Of a stretch of 64,000 nucleotides of DNA, positions 46,061-55,262 are shown piece by piece (the stretch's first letter is position 1; every line of letters starts with the position of its first letter). This DNA is from a virus. The notes beneath the pieces are model-generated. The model searched no databases. It was not told where the DNA came from and was given only the letters and a program-made list of their open reading frames with translations. The position numbers were made by a program, and so were the translations under genes. Location of the stretch: IMG/VR virus record IMGVR_UViG_3300049893_000724, positions 1-64,000 of that record; one strand, given 5' to 3'.

Positions 46061-46198
46061 AAAAAGTCCTCTATTACTTAGTGTGTACTAAACAAAACAG
46101 ACCGAAGTTTGTTTAAAAGTAAAGTATTCACCAAGTCTTAGAGGACTTGGAGTATGTAGATTCAGATCAGAAGATCAAGAATCAGTATTGATTGCAAC

Positions 46199-46205
46199 TA
46201 TTTAT
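46199..46205 (-). promoter_or_regulatory. T4-type late promoter (ATAAATA)
   Basis: Overlaps lysozyme stop, about 140 nt upstream of autotransporter. Confidence 0.6.
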
Positions 46206-46870
46206 CCCTTTTTCCACGCTTCTCCTTCTGCTTTTCTTCTACGTGCTAAACCTGCTTCAACATTAGAACCAGGATTGCGGTAGAGATAAAGAGCATCGGG
46301 AACTAAGTCCCACTCTTTATTCTTCAGGCGTTTAGTAATAGTATTAAAGTTATCGCCACCGTAAAAACCGGCACCAAGATTATAAGCAAAGCTGAGCAGA
46401 GCGCCTCTTTTTCCATCTGACATTTCATTCCAATGTGGGATTTTACGAAGTGCAGGTAGAAACTCTTTCTTACACTGCTCGATGAGAAGTGCGTCTGCTT
46501 CTGCCTGTGTTAATGTATCACCAAGTTTAAATGCTGAACCATCCTTCTTACGAGTGGAACCCCAACCGATTGTGATTGGAAGGCCTCCAGTCAGAGGGTC
46601 AGGATATGCTTTGAGATGACATCCCTCAAACTCTTTAATTAATTTGATGCCCATCATAGGAACATCATCACCACCTGTTACAGGAGCTGCAGCAGCTGGG
46701 GTTGCTGGTGCAGCACTAGTCTTTTTTCCTCTAAAAATCTCCGCCCACTCTACGTTATCACCAAGATATTCAACGGGGAGATTGTCTTCTAACCACTGGA
46801 CTGCCTTGACGTGGTTAGGATTTCTTTCATCATAGAATTGAAAGAAATTATGCAAATCGATACGTGCCAT
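46202..46870 (-). CDS. GH24 lysozyme (endolysin) with N-terminal accessory module
   Basis: IKEFEGCHLKAYPDPLTGGLPITIGWGST; LLSFAYNLG; GLARRRKAE; start moved to MARIDL. Confidence 0.9.
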   Translation of the reverse strand: MARIDLHNFFQFYDERNPNHVKAVQWLEDNLPVEYLGDNVEWAEIFRGKKTSAAPATPAAAAPVTGGDDVPMMGIKLIKEFEGCHLKAYPDPLTGGLPITIGWGSTRKKDGSAFKLGDTLTQAEADALLIEQCKKEFLPALRKIPHWNEMSDGKRGALLSFAYNLGAGFYGGDNFNTITKRLKNKEWDLVPDALYLYRNPGSNVEAGLARRRKAEGEAWKKG

Positions 46871-46884
46871 TGTTGTGTCTCCTA

Positions 46885-47556
46885 TCAGTCGAAAATTCTG
46901 CCCCAACCATCGTTGCCACCTGGGCACCAACGATGCTTAAGAACTGCTTTGGTGTAAACGGTTTTCTTACCGTTAGTCACAGGTCCAGTATAGTTATCAT
47001 TGAGTGAACCATATGGATCGTTTACAAAATATCCCTTACCATCTGGAGTCTTACCGATTACAACACACATGTGCCCACCAGTAGGTGCAGATAAAGGACC
47101 GCGATGCAGGATACCAATAACGACAGGTTTCCCAGCATCAAGACTTTTATCAATATCAGCAAAAGAAAGATTGTAACTAAAGTGTGACTTAACTCCATAA
47201 CCTGCAAGTACTTTTGTTTGTACCGCATGGTCCGTAGTATCACCAATCGCAAATACTTTCTTAACATATTCATCGTCGCCCTTGATACTTCCTGGCTTGA
47301 GGAATGCAAGGCACATAGCACACGATGAACTGTTACAAGTTCTATGTGCATCTCTATAGTTGTCTACTTGGTTGAAGTATGGAACTGCGAGTACTTCTGG
47401 AGTTGGTGGCTTAGTTCTGAAGATACCAATCCAATCAGTCTCTGCATCGTCTAGGAATTTTTCTGGAAGTTTGTCTTCCAACCACTGAACGGCAGCAACG
47501 TGGTTTGCGTTCTTCTCATCATAAAACTTAAAAAAGTTATGAAGATCTAGGGTCAT
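46885..47556 (-). CDS. Peptidase C39-like protein with N-terminal accessory module
   Basis: PYFNQ...TCNSSSCAM...GGHMCVVIG...VNDPYG (Cys-His-Asp). Confidence 0.85.
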   Translation of the reverse strand: MTLDLHNFFKFYDEKNANHVAAVQWLEDKLPEKFLDDAETDWIGIFRTKPPTPEVLAVPYFNQVDNYRDAHRTCNSSSCAMCLAFLKPGSIKGDDEYVKKVFAIGDTTDHAVQTKVLAGYGVKSHFSYNLSFADIDKSLDAGKPVVIGILHRGPLSAPTGGHMCVVIGKTPDGKGYFVNDPYGSLNDNYTGPVTNGKKTVYTKAVLKHRWCPGGNDGWGRIFD

Positions 47557-47588
47557 TGGATATTACTCTAAACACTCAGGTATTTATT

Positions 47589-47612
47589 AAAAAAGCGCCC
47601 TTTTGGGGCGCT
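47589..47612 (-). terminator. Rho-independent terminator after peroxiredoxin
   Basis: AGCGCCC stem followed by U6, then ATAAATA at 47581-47587. Confidence 0.75.
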
Positions 47613-47621
47613 CATTTATCT

Positions 47622-48149
47622 TCAAACTGTAGCACCAACTTTTACATCGGCAGCGACATAACTCAAAACATTTTCAGGTGTCGATACCTCATATGGGTCG
47701 GTGTCCGCATTGTCACGCAGACCGTCTTCCACGAATAGTTTCTCGATGATTCCATTATCCACGACCGCAGCATAACGCCAAGAGCGATCACCGAAACCAA
47801 GGTTAGACTTGTTGACGAGATATCCCATTGAGCGAGTAAAGTATGCATTGCCATCTGGAATGAGTTTTACTTTTTCGATGTTCTGGTCTTGTGCCCAGGC
47901 ATTCATCACAAAGCCATCATTAACAGAAATGCAGTAAATAGCATCGATACCAAGAGCAGCAAACTCTTCGTACTTCTCTTCAAATCCAGGCAACTGGTAA
48001 GCAGAGCAAGTAGGAGTGAATGCACCAGGCAGACTGAAAATAACTACACGCTTACCATTAAAAAGTTCAGTAGAAGTACGAGTTACAAATTCACCAGATT
48101 CACGAAACTGAAACTGAACTTCGGGAATAGTATAACCTTCTTTACGCAT
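47622..48149 (-). CDS. Peroxiredoxin (Prx5/redoxin type)
   Basis: LPGAFTPTCSAYQLPG; SVNDGFVMNAW; RSWRYA; GGAGG SD before MRKEG. Confidence 0.92.
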   Translation of the reverse strand: MRKEGYTIPEVQFQFRESGEFVTRTSTELFNGKRVVIFSLPGAFTPTCSAYQLPGFEEKYEEFAALGIDAIYCISVNDGFVMNAWAQDQNIEKVKLIPDGNAYFTRSMGYLVNKSNLGFGDRSWRYAAVVDNGIIEKLFVEDGLRDNADTDPYEVSTPENVLSYVAADVKVGATV

Positions 48150-48160
48150 TTTGACCTCCA

Positions 48161-48264
48161 TCACCATACGCCAGGAATGATTTGACCAGTGGCAGCATAA
48201 CTACCCATAGCAGCAATAATACCAATCATAGCTGCCCAACCGTTAATACGTTCTGCTCTTTCGT

Positions 48265-48268
<4 letters not shown>
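48161..48268 (-). CDS. hli: High-light-inducible protein (35 aa)
   Basis: MNERAERINGWAAMIGIIAAMGSYAATGQIIPGVW, ExxNGxxAMxG motif. Confidence 0.92.
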
Positions 48269-48830
<562 letters not shown>

Positions 48831-48897
48831 TTAATAAGTCTCTGATAGTTGATTTACGGAATGTGCCAGTAAAACGAAAAAGGCAACACTCGTAATT

Positions 48898-48926
48898 GTA
48901 AAGATAATTGAAGTCATTGTCAACCC
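48898..48926 (-). promoter_or_regulatory. sigma70-type promoter for petF operon
   Basis: TTGACA-N17-TACAAT; coordinates approximate. Confidence 0.65.
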
Positions 48927-49121
48927 TCAGAAGAGTCCGAAGTAGAGGTTGCCAGTGAAAGCGTAAGAAATAAACCCAGCAATAATGCCGACCATAGCCC
49001 AGCGTCCATTAGTCCTCTCCTTTACTTCATTAGGTGTAAGCATACCATAGTTCTCGTAGTACATAGTAGGCTCTTTGGCAAACATATTTTGTTGCCCATA
49101 TTCATTAGTTGTTACAGTCAT
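48927..49121 (-). CDS. hli: High-light-inducible protein (64 aa)
   Basis: MTVTTNEYGQQNMFAKEP...KERTNGRWAMVGII; start moved to 49121. Confidence 0.92.
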   Translation of the reverse strand: MTVTTNEYGQQNMFAKEPTMYYENYGMLTPNEVKERTNGRWAMVGIIAGFISYAFTGNLYFGLF

Positions 49122-49148
49122 TGTACATTCGTTAAGAATTGTTACACA

Positions 49149-49177
49149 ATTATATAGGAAAAATAAAGGGGTGTCAA
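49149..49177 (-). promoter_or_regulatory. Perfect sigma70 consensus promoter for hli
   Basis: TTGACA-N17-TATAAT overlapping the pstS terminator. Confidence 0.85.
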
Positions 49178-49185
49178 GCACCCCT
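49159..49185 (-). terminator. Rho-independent terminator after pstS
   Basis: AGGGGUG-CUUGA-CACCCCU followed by UUAUUUUU. Confidence 0.75.
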
Positions 49186-49215
49186 GGTAGTAATTTATAC
49201 TTATTTTGTTAAGAT

Positions 49216-50184
49216 TTACTGACCAATCTGTTTTACCTTGTTGCGAGCCTTGTTCAAAACAGAACCTGCAAGAGGGACATAACCCAGATCATCAGCAAGC
49301 AGTTGTGCCTTACCACTCAACATATAATTAAGAGCAGAACGAACATCATCTGCCTTTGCACCATTACCTTCCTTATAAGCAAGGACCCAAGTTAGCGTCG
49401 TAATAGGATAAGCATTAGGAGCAGAAGGATTAGGATCTTCGCCAGCAAGAGAAACGGGATCAAGTTTGATACCATTAACAGCAGCAAATCCACTTTTGAG
49501 AGTGGGAAGAATATAGTTTCCTGCCTTGTTTTGAAGAGAGGCGGACTGAAGTTGTTTGTTATTCTTCACAAATGCGTGTGAGAGATAACCGATAGAACCA
49601 GGAGTATTCACCAGGGTTCCAGCAACACCTTCATTACCTTTGGCACCAACACCAACTGGCCAGTTGATGGACTTGGCAGCACCTGCAGTCCAACCACCAA
49701 ATGCCTTCAGAGAGTTGGTAAAGGCAAATGTGGTGCCAGAACCATCAGAACGATAAACGACTTTGATGGCACCAGCAGCACAACCAAGTGCTTTCCAATC
49801 CTTGATATCACCTTGGAATACATCAACAACCTGCTTCTGGGTCAGACGCAGTTTGCATCCAGGTTTGTTGTAGGCAACGTCAATCGTACCAGCAGTCATA
49901 GGCAGTTGGACATAACCACGCTTGACTTTGGCACCATCCTTGGCGCTGATAGGTTCATCAGATGCAGCAAAGTCAACAGTTTCTTTGATAAACTGTTTGA
50001 TACCAGCGCCAGAACCAACTGACTGGTAGTTTACACGATTACCAGTGGCAGCAGAGTAATCGGCAAGCCAACGCTGGTAGAGAGGCGCAGGGAAGGTAGC
50101 ACCAGCACCATTCAGAGCGGGTCCTGCAAGTGCAACGGTAGGCATCAGAGCAAGACCAATTGTAGCAATGTGTTTGAGTTTCAT
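49216..50184 (-). CDS. pstS: Phosphate-binding protein PstS
   Basis: LNGAGATFPAPLY; YQSVGSGAG; VDFAASD; RSDGSGTT; GAKGNEGV; AYPITTLTW. Confidence 0.96.
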   Translation of the reverse strand: MKLKHIATIGLALMPTVALAGPALNGAGATFPAPLYQRWLADYSAATGNRVNYQSVGSGAGIKQFIKETVDFAASDEPISAKDGAKVKRGYVQLPMTAGTIDVAYNKPGCKLRLTQKQVVDVFQGDIKDWKALGCAAGAIKVVYRSDGSGTTFAFTNSLKAFGGWTAGAAKSINWPVGVGAKGNEGVAGTLVNTPGSIGYLSHAFVKNNKQLQSASLQNKAGNYILPTLKSGFAAVNGIKLDPVSLAGEDPNPSAPNAYPITTLTWVLAYKEGNGAKADDVRSALNYMLSGKAQLLADDLGYVPLAGSVLNKARNKVKQIGQ

Positions 50185-50207
50185 TGGAATTAAAAAACTT
50201 CTTAGTA

Positions 50208-50240
50208 ATTGTACTTGATTAAGTTTAAAAGAAAGTTAAA
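50208..50240 (-). promoter_or_regulatory. Pho box plus -10 element upstream of pstS
   Basis: TTTAACTT-N3-TTTAAACT (cyanobacterial YTTAAYYW repeats, 11-bp period) then TACAAT. Confidence 0.6.
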
Positions 50241-50254
50241 TGTCACCAAACACC

Positions 50255-50280
50255 AAAAAAACCTCCCTGAAAGGAGGTTT
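50255..50280 (-). terminator. Rho-independent terminator after the porin gene
   Basis: AAACCUCCU-UUCA-GGGAGGUUU followed by U-run. Confidence 0.75.
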
Positions 50281-50298
50281 AAAGGTATCAGGATATTA

Positions 50299-51804
50299 TC
50301 AGAAACGGAAAGTCGTCTGAATAACACCACCATAGTTGTCCGAAGCATTCTTCAGACCTTGGTTGTTAGACACATAGAACACAGCAGGAGTTACACTGAT
50401 GTTGTCACTGACCTTGTAACGATAGAATGCTTCCCACATGAGAGCCTTCTTATCATCTGCAAGAGAAGCAGCATTACCAGGAGCGCCGATGGCAAAACCA
50501 GCAGCATTACCCTTGGCAAATACATCACTCCACTGAAGACCTGCCATCCAAGTCTGAGAGTTAGTAGCACCAGTAGGAGTTTGCTTACCAGCAGCATTCA
50601 GACTTACATCAGTCCAACCGTAGGAACCACTCACAGAAGGAATGATACCCGACTTCTTAGGTTGCCAGTATGCATTGATAGCATAGCTACTAGAAGTTTG
50701 TCCAGAAGCAAGAGCAGCAGAACCACCACCAATAGCATTGAAGTTACGAACACGGGTTCCTTCAGTGCCATAGCGGTAACCGAAAGCAATACCATACTGA
50801 GGAGCACGATAACCAACTTGAGCAAGAGTGTTCAGAGCACCAGTCTCATCAAACTGTCCCTTAGAAGAGTTGTCACCACTTTGAGCAACATAGTTCAGAG
50901 CAGCAGTAAGAGCAGGTTTGCCCTTCTTGACTTGTTGAGTCCACTCTACGCCGAAACCAGAACCAGTTGCCTTGTTATAGACACCAGGAGCACCAGCAAC
51001 AGCAAAGAAGTCCAGAATATCAGACTTATATGCGGTGGGCATCCATGCCATTTCAGTGTTACGAACGATAGCACCAGCAGTCAGATTCACACCTTTAGCA
51101 AGTGCTGGAAAACGGTAGTAGAGACGATCCAGTTGCAGTGCATTAGCATAGGTTTCTGCCTTGTCCAGTTTGAACAGGGAAGAAGAGGAACCGAAGGGTT
51201 GACTGGAGAAGTTACCAGTACGCAAACGGGTCTTGAGCAAATCCTTACCAGTAAAGGAAGTATCAAAACTCAGACGGAGATCATAATTGAAGGCAGTATT
51301 GCCAACGTTAGTGTTGTTAGCAAGACGAGCACCTTCTACACCACCCAGAACGAAGGTTGCTTCGCCCTTGAGTTTGGTAGTAGTAGAGAACTGTTGCGCT
51401 TCAAGAGAACCAATCTTCTTATCCAGTTTAGCGATTTGACCACGAAGAACAGTAAGTTCCTTAGCAAAATCGTTAGCAAGACGATTAAGTTCATCAGTGT
51501 TTTCGGTTACACGCTCAAGACAGGAGTTCAGCAGTGCTGCTGCCTCAAAACGAGTCAGAGTTTGACCACCAGCAAACTTGCTGTCAGTCATACCAGCGAT
51601 GCAACCATACTTTTCGATAAGATTGCCCAGGGCTTGATATGCCCAATCACCAGGCTTAACATCTGTAAATTGTGTGACGCTTGTAGCCTGTTCCGAAGAA
51701 GTGTATTGGTTGACTGCTGCCATATTAAGGTCTGCCGCATTCGCAGCAACAGGAGCAACCATTCCCAGAGCAACAGGTGCAAGCATCAGTTGTTTGAGTT
51801 TCAT
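50299..51804 (-). CDS. som: Cyanobacterial Som-type porin (SLH domain plus OprB-like barrel)
   Basis: Signal peptide; FTDVKPGDWAYQAL..LTRFEAAALL SLH; QQFSTTTKLKGE; C-terminal QTTFRF. Confidence 0.93.
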   Translation of the reverse strand: MKLKQLMLAPVALGMVAPVAANAADLNMAAVNQYTSSEQATSVTQFTDVKPGDWAYQALGNLIEKYGCIAGMTDSKFAGGQTLTRFEAAALLNSCLERVTENTDELNRLANDFAKELTVLRGQIAKLDKKIGSLEAQQFSTTTKLKGEATFVLGGVEGARLANNTNVGNTAFNYDLRLSFDTSFTGKDLLKTRLRTGNFSSQPFGSSSSLFKLDKAETYANALQLDRLYYRFPALAKGVNLTAGAIVRNTEMAWMPTAYKSDILDFFAVAGAPGVYNKATGSGFGVEWTQQVKKGKPALTAALNYVAQSGDNSSKGQFDETGALNTLAQVGYRAPQYGIAFGYRYGTEGTRVRNFNAIGGGSAALASGQTSSSYAINAYWQPKKSGIIPSVSGSYGWTDVSLNAAGKQTPTGATNSQTWMAGLQWSDVFAKGNAAGFAIGAPGNAASLADDKKALMWEAFYRYKVSDNISVTPAVFYVSNNQGLKNASDNYGGVIQTTFRF

Positions 51805-51961
51805 AAAAGTTTGTTTTTAGTACTAAACGACATTGTACTTCAGGGTTAAATAAACCCCTTGTATTATGGGTCACATATAGACGCGAGTAGTTGGGGCGTC
51901 TTCTATGCGGGAGTATTTAGAGGTACTTAATCAAATCTTAAAAGACTATTAAGTTAACGGT

Positions 51962-51991
51962 ATCATAGCATAACCATATAAGATGTGTCAA
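51962..51991 (-). promoter_or_regulatory. sigma70-type promoter for the porin gene
   Basis: TTGACA-N18-TATGAT. Confidence 0.6.
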
Positions 51992-52002
51992 TTAAGAGAC
52001 GG

Positions 52003-52818
52003 TTAAGAATTTTCTTGTTGTTGGTGCATTGAATTTTCAGTTACCCGACCAAGATATGGATCATAATTCATATAATCTTTGATATCAATGGTTGCTCCAT
52101 TCTGTTCCCAAAACTGAGACTGTGCCTGATAATTTCCCTTATGAAAAGCATCTACGTGCTCTGGGTGAATACTAGATCCAAGCTCTGTTCTATAGAGAAG
52201 AAGAGGAATAGAATAAGTATTACCAGAATTATAAATCAGATCATCAGCGACTGGACGTGGTTTTACACCATTATCAAGTTTATATTTTTCTCCTCTTACG
52301 TGATGCTTTAGAAGTTTTTCGGCATGATGACGATTAATTAGATAGCAAGCCGTTGAGAAATCATTTACAAATCTTTTGTGAAGTTTAACGTGAATATCTC
52401 CGGTACAAATAATAGCAATCTGTACGATATCCCAGTCATAAGGAATGTTTGCATAAAAATCTTGCCAAGAAAAATTCCAATACCTGACTAAATCTAAACT
52501 GCAATCATCCTCCATCATAATCGCATATTGACTATCAGAAGTTTCATACCAATGTTTGATTGCTTTAAGATGAGAAGTAATACATCCAATCTCACCAGAA
52601 GTCATCATCTCAGGATAACGTCCAGTAAGAATATCACTTAGGTCATCTTCACGACCATCATATGCAGAAATGCGTGTGTAATTTTCTATCTCCCAGTATT
52701 TGAACTGGGATTCCATATACTCTTTTCTATCAGGTTGACCATCAAGATTCAAATAATAAATTGGACCGATACCTTTTAGTTTATATGCTGACTTATTTTT
52801 ATCATTAAGATCAAACAT
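52003..52818 (-). CDS. Glycosyltransferase family 25
   Basis: YYLNLD..PDRKEYM; GEIGCITSHL; MIMEDD. Confidence 0.85.
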   Translation of the reverse strand: MFDLNDKNKSAYKLKGIGPIYYLNLDGQPDRKEYMESQFKYWEIENYTRISAYDGREDDLSDILTGRYPEMMTSGEIGCITSHLKAIKHWYETSDSQYAIMMEDDCSLDLVRYWNFSWQDFYANIPYDWDIVQIAIICTGDIHVKLHKRFVNDFSTACYLINRHHAEKLLKHHVRGEKYKLDNGVKPRPVADDLIYNSGNTYSIPLLLYRTELGSSIHPEHVDAFHKGNYQAQSQFWEQNGATIDIKDYMNYDPYLGRVTENSMHQQQENS

Positions 52819-53530
52819 GATATTTTGAATTGTTTTTCGCTAAGTGTACTATCTTTGGTTCAAAATTGCAATACGTTTCAAAAATTTCTGGATATGCAAA
52901 AGATGGTCCTAATAAATGAACGTTATCTTTGTTTTGAATAAAAAATTTATTTAAGTGGCTTTCATCGTGCCAAACTGCAATTACATTATCATCCAAATCT
53001 TTTTTAACTCTATCTTGCAACTCATTAATCATATCAAGAACTGCAGGAACCTTTCCTCCCCATAAGCATCCTTGATAATAAACAGAAGTGTCATCAGTAT
53101 CAGTTACACAAGCTCTTGAAAGTGGGTTGATTTCAAATGCACCTGGTAGTTGATCGTGAGGTGGCATTTGGAGATAATGGCAAGGATGATGCACTCCAAA
53201 GAGAGACTTTGTGCTATCAAAGAAGTCTTCTTCCGTAATCGTATTAACTACTAAAGCATCAGCATCAATAAAAACAAACCAGTCGTTTTGTGAGATGATG
53301 TCTTTTGCTTTTTGAATGATTTCAAAACGAGTTAGAGTAATATAAGGCCACTCCAAATGTTCTTGATAATATGGAATTAAATTATCTGGAGTCTCATTTA
53401 ACTCTCCGTCAGTAAAAACTAAAATAGTTTTTTCTGCATTTGGCAAAAAATACTTTTCAAGGTTCTCATAATAGTTTGGAAGAAAGTTTAAATATTCTCC
53501 CGTGCCTATAAAACAAATAGCAACTTTCAT
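52811..53530 (-). CDS. Glycosyltransferase family 6
   Basis: IAFIGTG-like start, WPYITLTRF, FIDAD, YYQGCLWGG, WHDESHLNK; start moved to MKVAI. Confidence 0.9.
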   Translation of the reverse strand: MKVAICFIGTGEYLNFLPNYYENLEKYFLPNAEKTILVFTDGELNETPDNLIPYYQEHLEWPYITLTRFEIIQKAKDIISQNDWFVFIDADALVVNTITEEDFFDSTKSLFGVHHPCHYLQMPPHDQLPGAFEINPLSRACVTDTDDTSVYYQGCLWGGKVPAVLDMINELQDRVKKDLDDNVIAVWHDESHLNKFFIQNKDNVHLLGPSFAYPEIFETYCNFEPKIVHLAKNNSKYHV

Positions 53531-54321
53531 CAAATAACCATCCAATCTTCAGGAATTATGTCTTTAGTATCTAGGTGTTCATTATTTGAACCTTTAAACC
53601 AGTCTTTGGGAGAAACTACTTTTTCTTGTTCGGATAACCATGCTCCCCACCAACTAAAAGAACTGTTAGCAATAATATGTTTAGAACAGAGAGTCATTAA
53701 ACAAAGGTCAACATAATTTGAATTTCCTTCAGCAATCAAAAATCGATCTTCAGAAAAAATTTCTTGCTGATTACACCACTCTGGATCATCAGAAAAAACT
53801 AGAACTGTTGAGGTCTCATCAAACTCTTTCAATGCTTTTTTGTAATAATCAAGTTCAAGAGCAGTGTGATTTGGATTAGTGACATAATCTGTCCTACGAA
53901 TGTGTAATGAAATGGGTGAGTCTAGTTCAGATAACATTTCATTACAAGGTTCAAAAATTTCATCTTTGAAAGAAAAATCTCCTTTGATTTCATCTTTGAT
54001 ATGTTTGAAGTACTTTTCTGTTTGAAAATACCCTTGAATAGAAACCCAGTCTGGACATCCATTAAACAGTTTTTCGTCAAAAGAAAAACCACCTTCTACC
54101 ACTGTAGGGCGATCAACATCAATAAACTGAACGTTTAACTGAGTTGTATTAGAAAGTTTAAACGGATTGAATAATTGATGATCAGTCCATTCATTTTGAT
54201 TTTTTGTTGGTGGAATACAATACTCATATCCATTATTCCTAGCAATTCCTTTAAGAGAGGCAAATTGAAACATTTGGTTTCCAAGTCTACCAAATTGACC
54301 TAATGCATTAAAACCAATCAT
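53530..54321 (-). CDS. Glycosyltransferase family 11 (alpha-1,2-fucosyltransferase-like)
   Basis: GRLGNQMFQ; SLHIRRTDY; IIANSSFSWWGAWL. Confidence 0.92.
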   Translation of the reverse strand: MIGFNALGQFGRLGNQMFQFASLKGIARNNGYEYCIPPTKNQNEWTDHQLFNPFKLSNTTQLNVQFIDVDRPTVVEGGFSFDEKLFNGCPDWVSIQGYFQTEKYFKHIKDEIKGDFSFKDEIFEPCNEMLSELDSPISLHIRRTDYVTNPNHTALELDYYKKALKEFDETSTVLVFSDDPEWCNQQEIFSEDRFLIAEGNSNYVDLCLMTLCSKHIIANSSFSWWGAWLSEQEKVVSPKDWFKGSNNEHLDTKDIIPEDWMVI

Positions 54322-55262
54322 AACGCAATCACCTTTTCAACATTTGGTAGATAATAATTTTGAATGATATTTACCCAATCAAACTCTTTAGAATACTCTA
54401 AAATTTCTTTTCTGTTTTGTACAGAATAATTTCTATTCTCTATAATTTTTTCTTCAACGTATGAAATGTCCTCTACCTTGTCTTCAGGAATGATTGTAAT
54501 AAATTCCTTCGACTGATCTAAGTTTGCCTTTCCCCATTCAGTAACAACAACGCCAAGTCCTGCAGATAGAGCCTCCATACACACCAGAGGATGTGCTTCA
54601 CCATCGCTTAGTAGAACAAGATTTCCATATTCAGTTAACTGGTCGTGCAAAGTTGGTTTATCCCATTCACCAAGATAATTTTTAGAAGTATTAAACCTAC
54701 TGTCTGCATTATTACCAGCAAACCAAAGACTATCAATACTTTGGAACATATGCTGCCGTTTTCTATAATCTATCTTTGCAAGATAAATTGATCGATCAGG
54801 ATAAGCGGGAGTTTCAGAGTATCTAAATGCTTCGCAGTTAACTCCATTAGGAGTAACAAAAAGTTTTTCCTCTGGAATGTTCATCAAAATTTTATAGATG
54901 TTCTTAATCCCATCAGATAAACAAAAAATATTTGGTTTGATCTGAGCAAATGCATTGGCAATATTTGCATATCCACCGAACATTTCTGGTCTTTCCAAAT
55001 ACCCGAAGTGACTTGTAATTACTTTTGGATATTGAATGTATGGATAGACACCTATAAATTCGTCATAATGTACGTGTACAAAGTCAGGTCTAAATGCATT
55101 TATCTCATTAATGATTTGATTAGGATCTCTGGTGTTTACAATTTGAACTTCGTGTCCCAATTTTTTCAGAGCATTTCTAGTATCCCAAATTAGAATTTCA
55201 ACTGCCCCCCAGCCCGTAGGAGGAATTGGCATAATTCCAGGACCAACTAAAGTAATTTTCAT
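54318..55262 (-). CDS. GT-B fold glycosyltransferase (GT4-like)
   Basis: PIPPTGWGAVE; PNGVN; EAHPLVCMEALSAGLGVV. Confidence 0.8.
   Translation of the reverse strand: MKITLVGPGIMPIPPTGWGAVEILIWDTRNALKKLGHEVQIVNTRDPNQIINEINAFRPDFVHVHYDEFIGVYPYIQYPKVITSHFGYLERPEMFGGYANIANAFAQIKPNIFCLSDGIKNIYKILMNIPEEKLFVTPNGVNCEAFRYSETPAYPDRSIYLAKIDYRKRQHMFQSIDSLWFAGNNADSRFNTSKNYLGEWDKPTLHDQLTEYGNLVLLSDGEAHPLVCMEALSAGLGVVVTEWGKANLDQSKEFITIIPEDKVEDISYVEEKIIENRNYSVQNRKEILEYSKEFDWVNIIQNYYLPNVEKVIAL

Noticed and set aside
46085-46093. GTTTAGTAC shared by the autotransporter leader and the porin leader (51820-51828)
   Set aside because: A 9-mer match between two AT-rich leaders can arise by chance; no further similarity
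50172-50184. Identical first 13 nt of pstS and porin (ATGAAACTCAAAC)
   Set aside because: Explained by common MKLK signal-peptide starts
50209-51849. 546-aa plus-strand ORF
   Set aside because: Exactly in register and antisense to the porin; explained by codon avoidance; no SD, Ser/Thr-rich shadow translation
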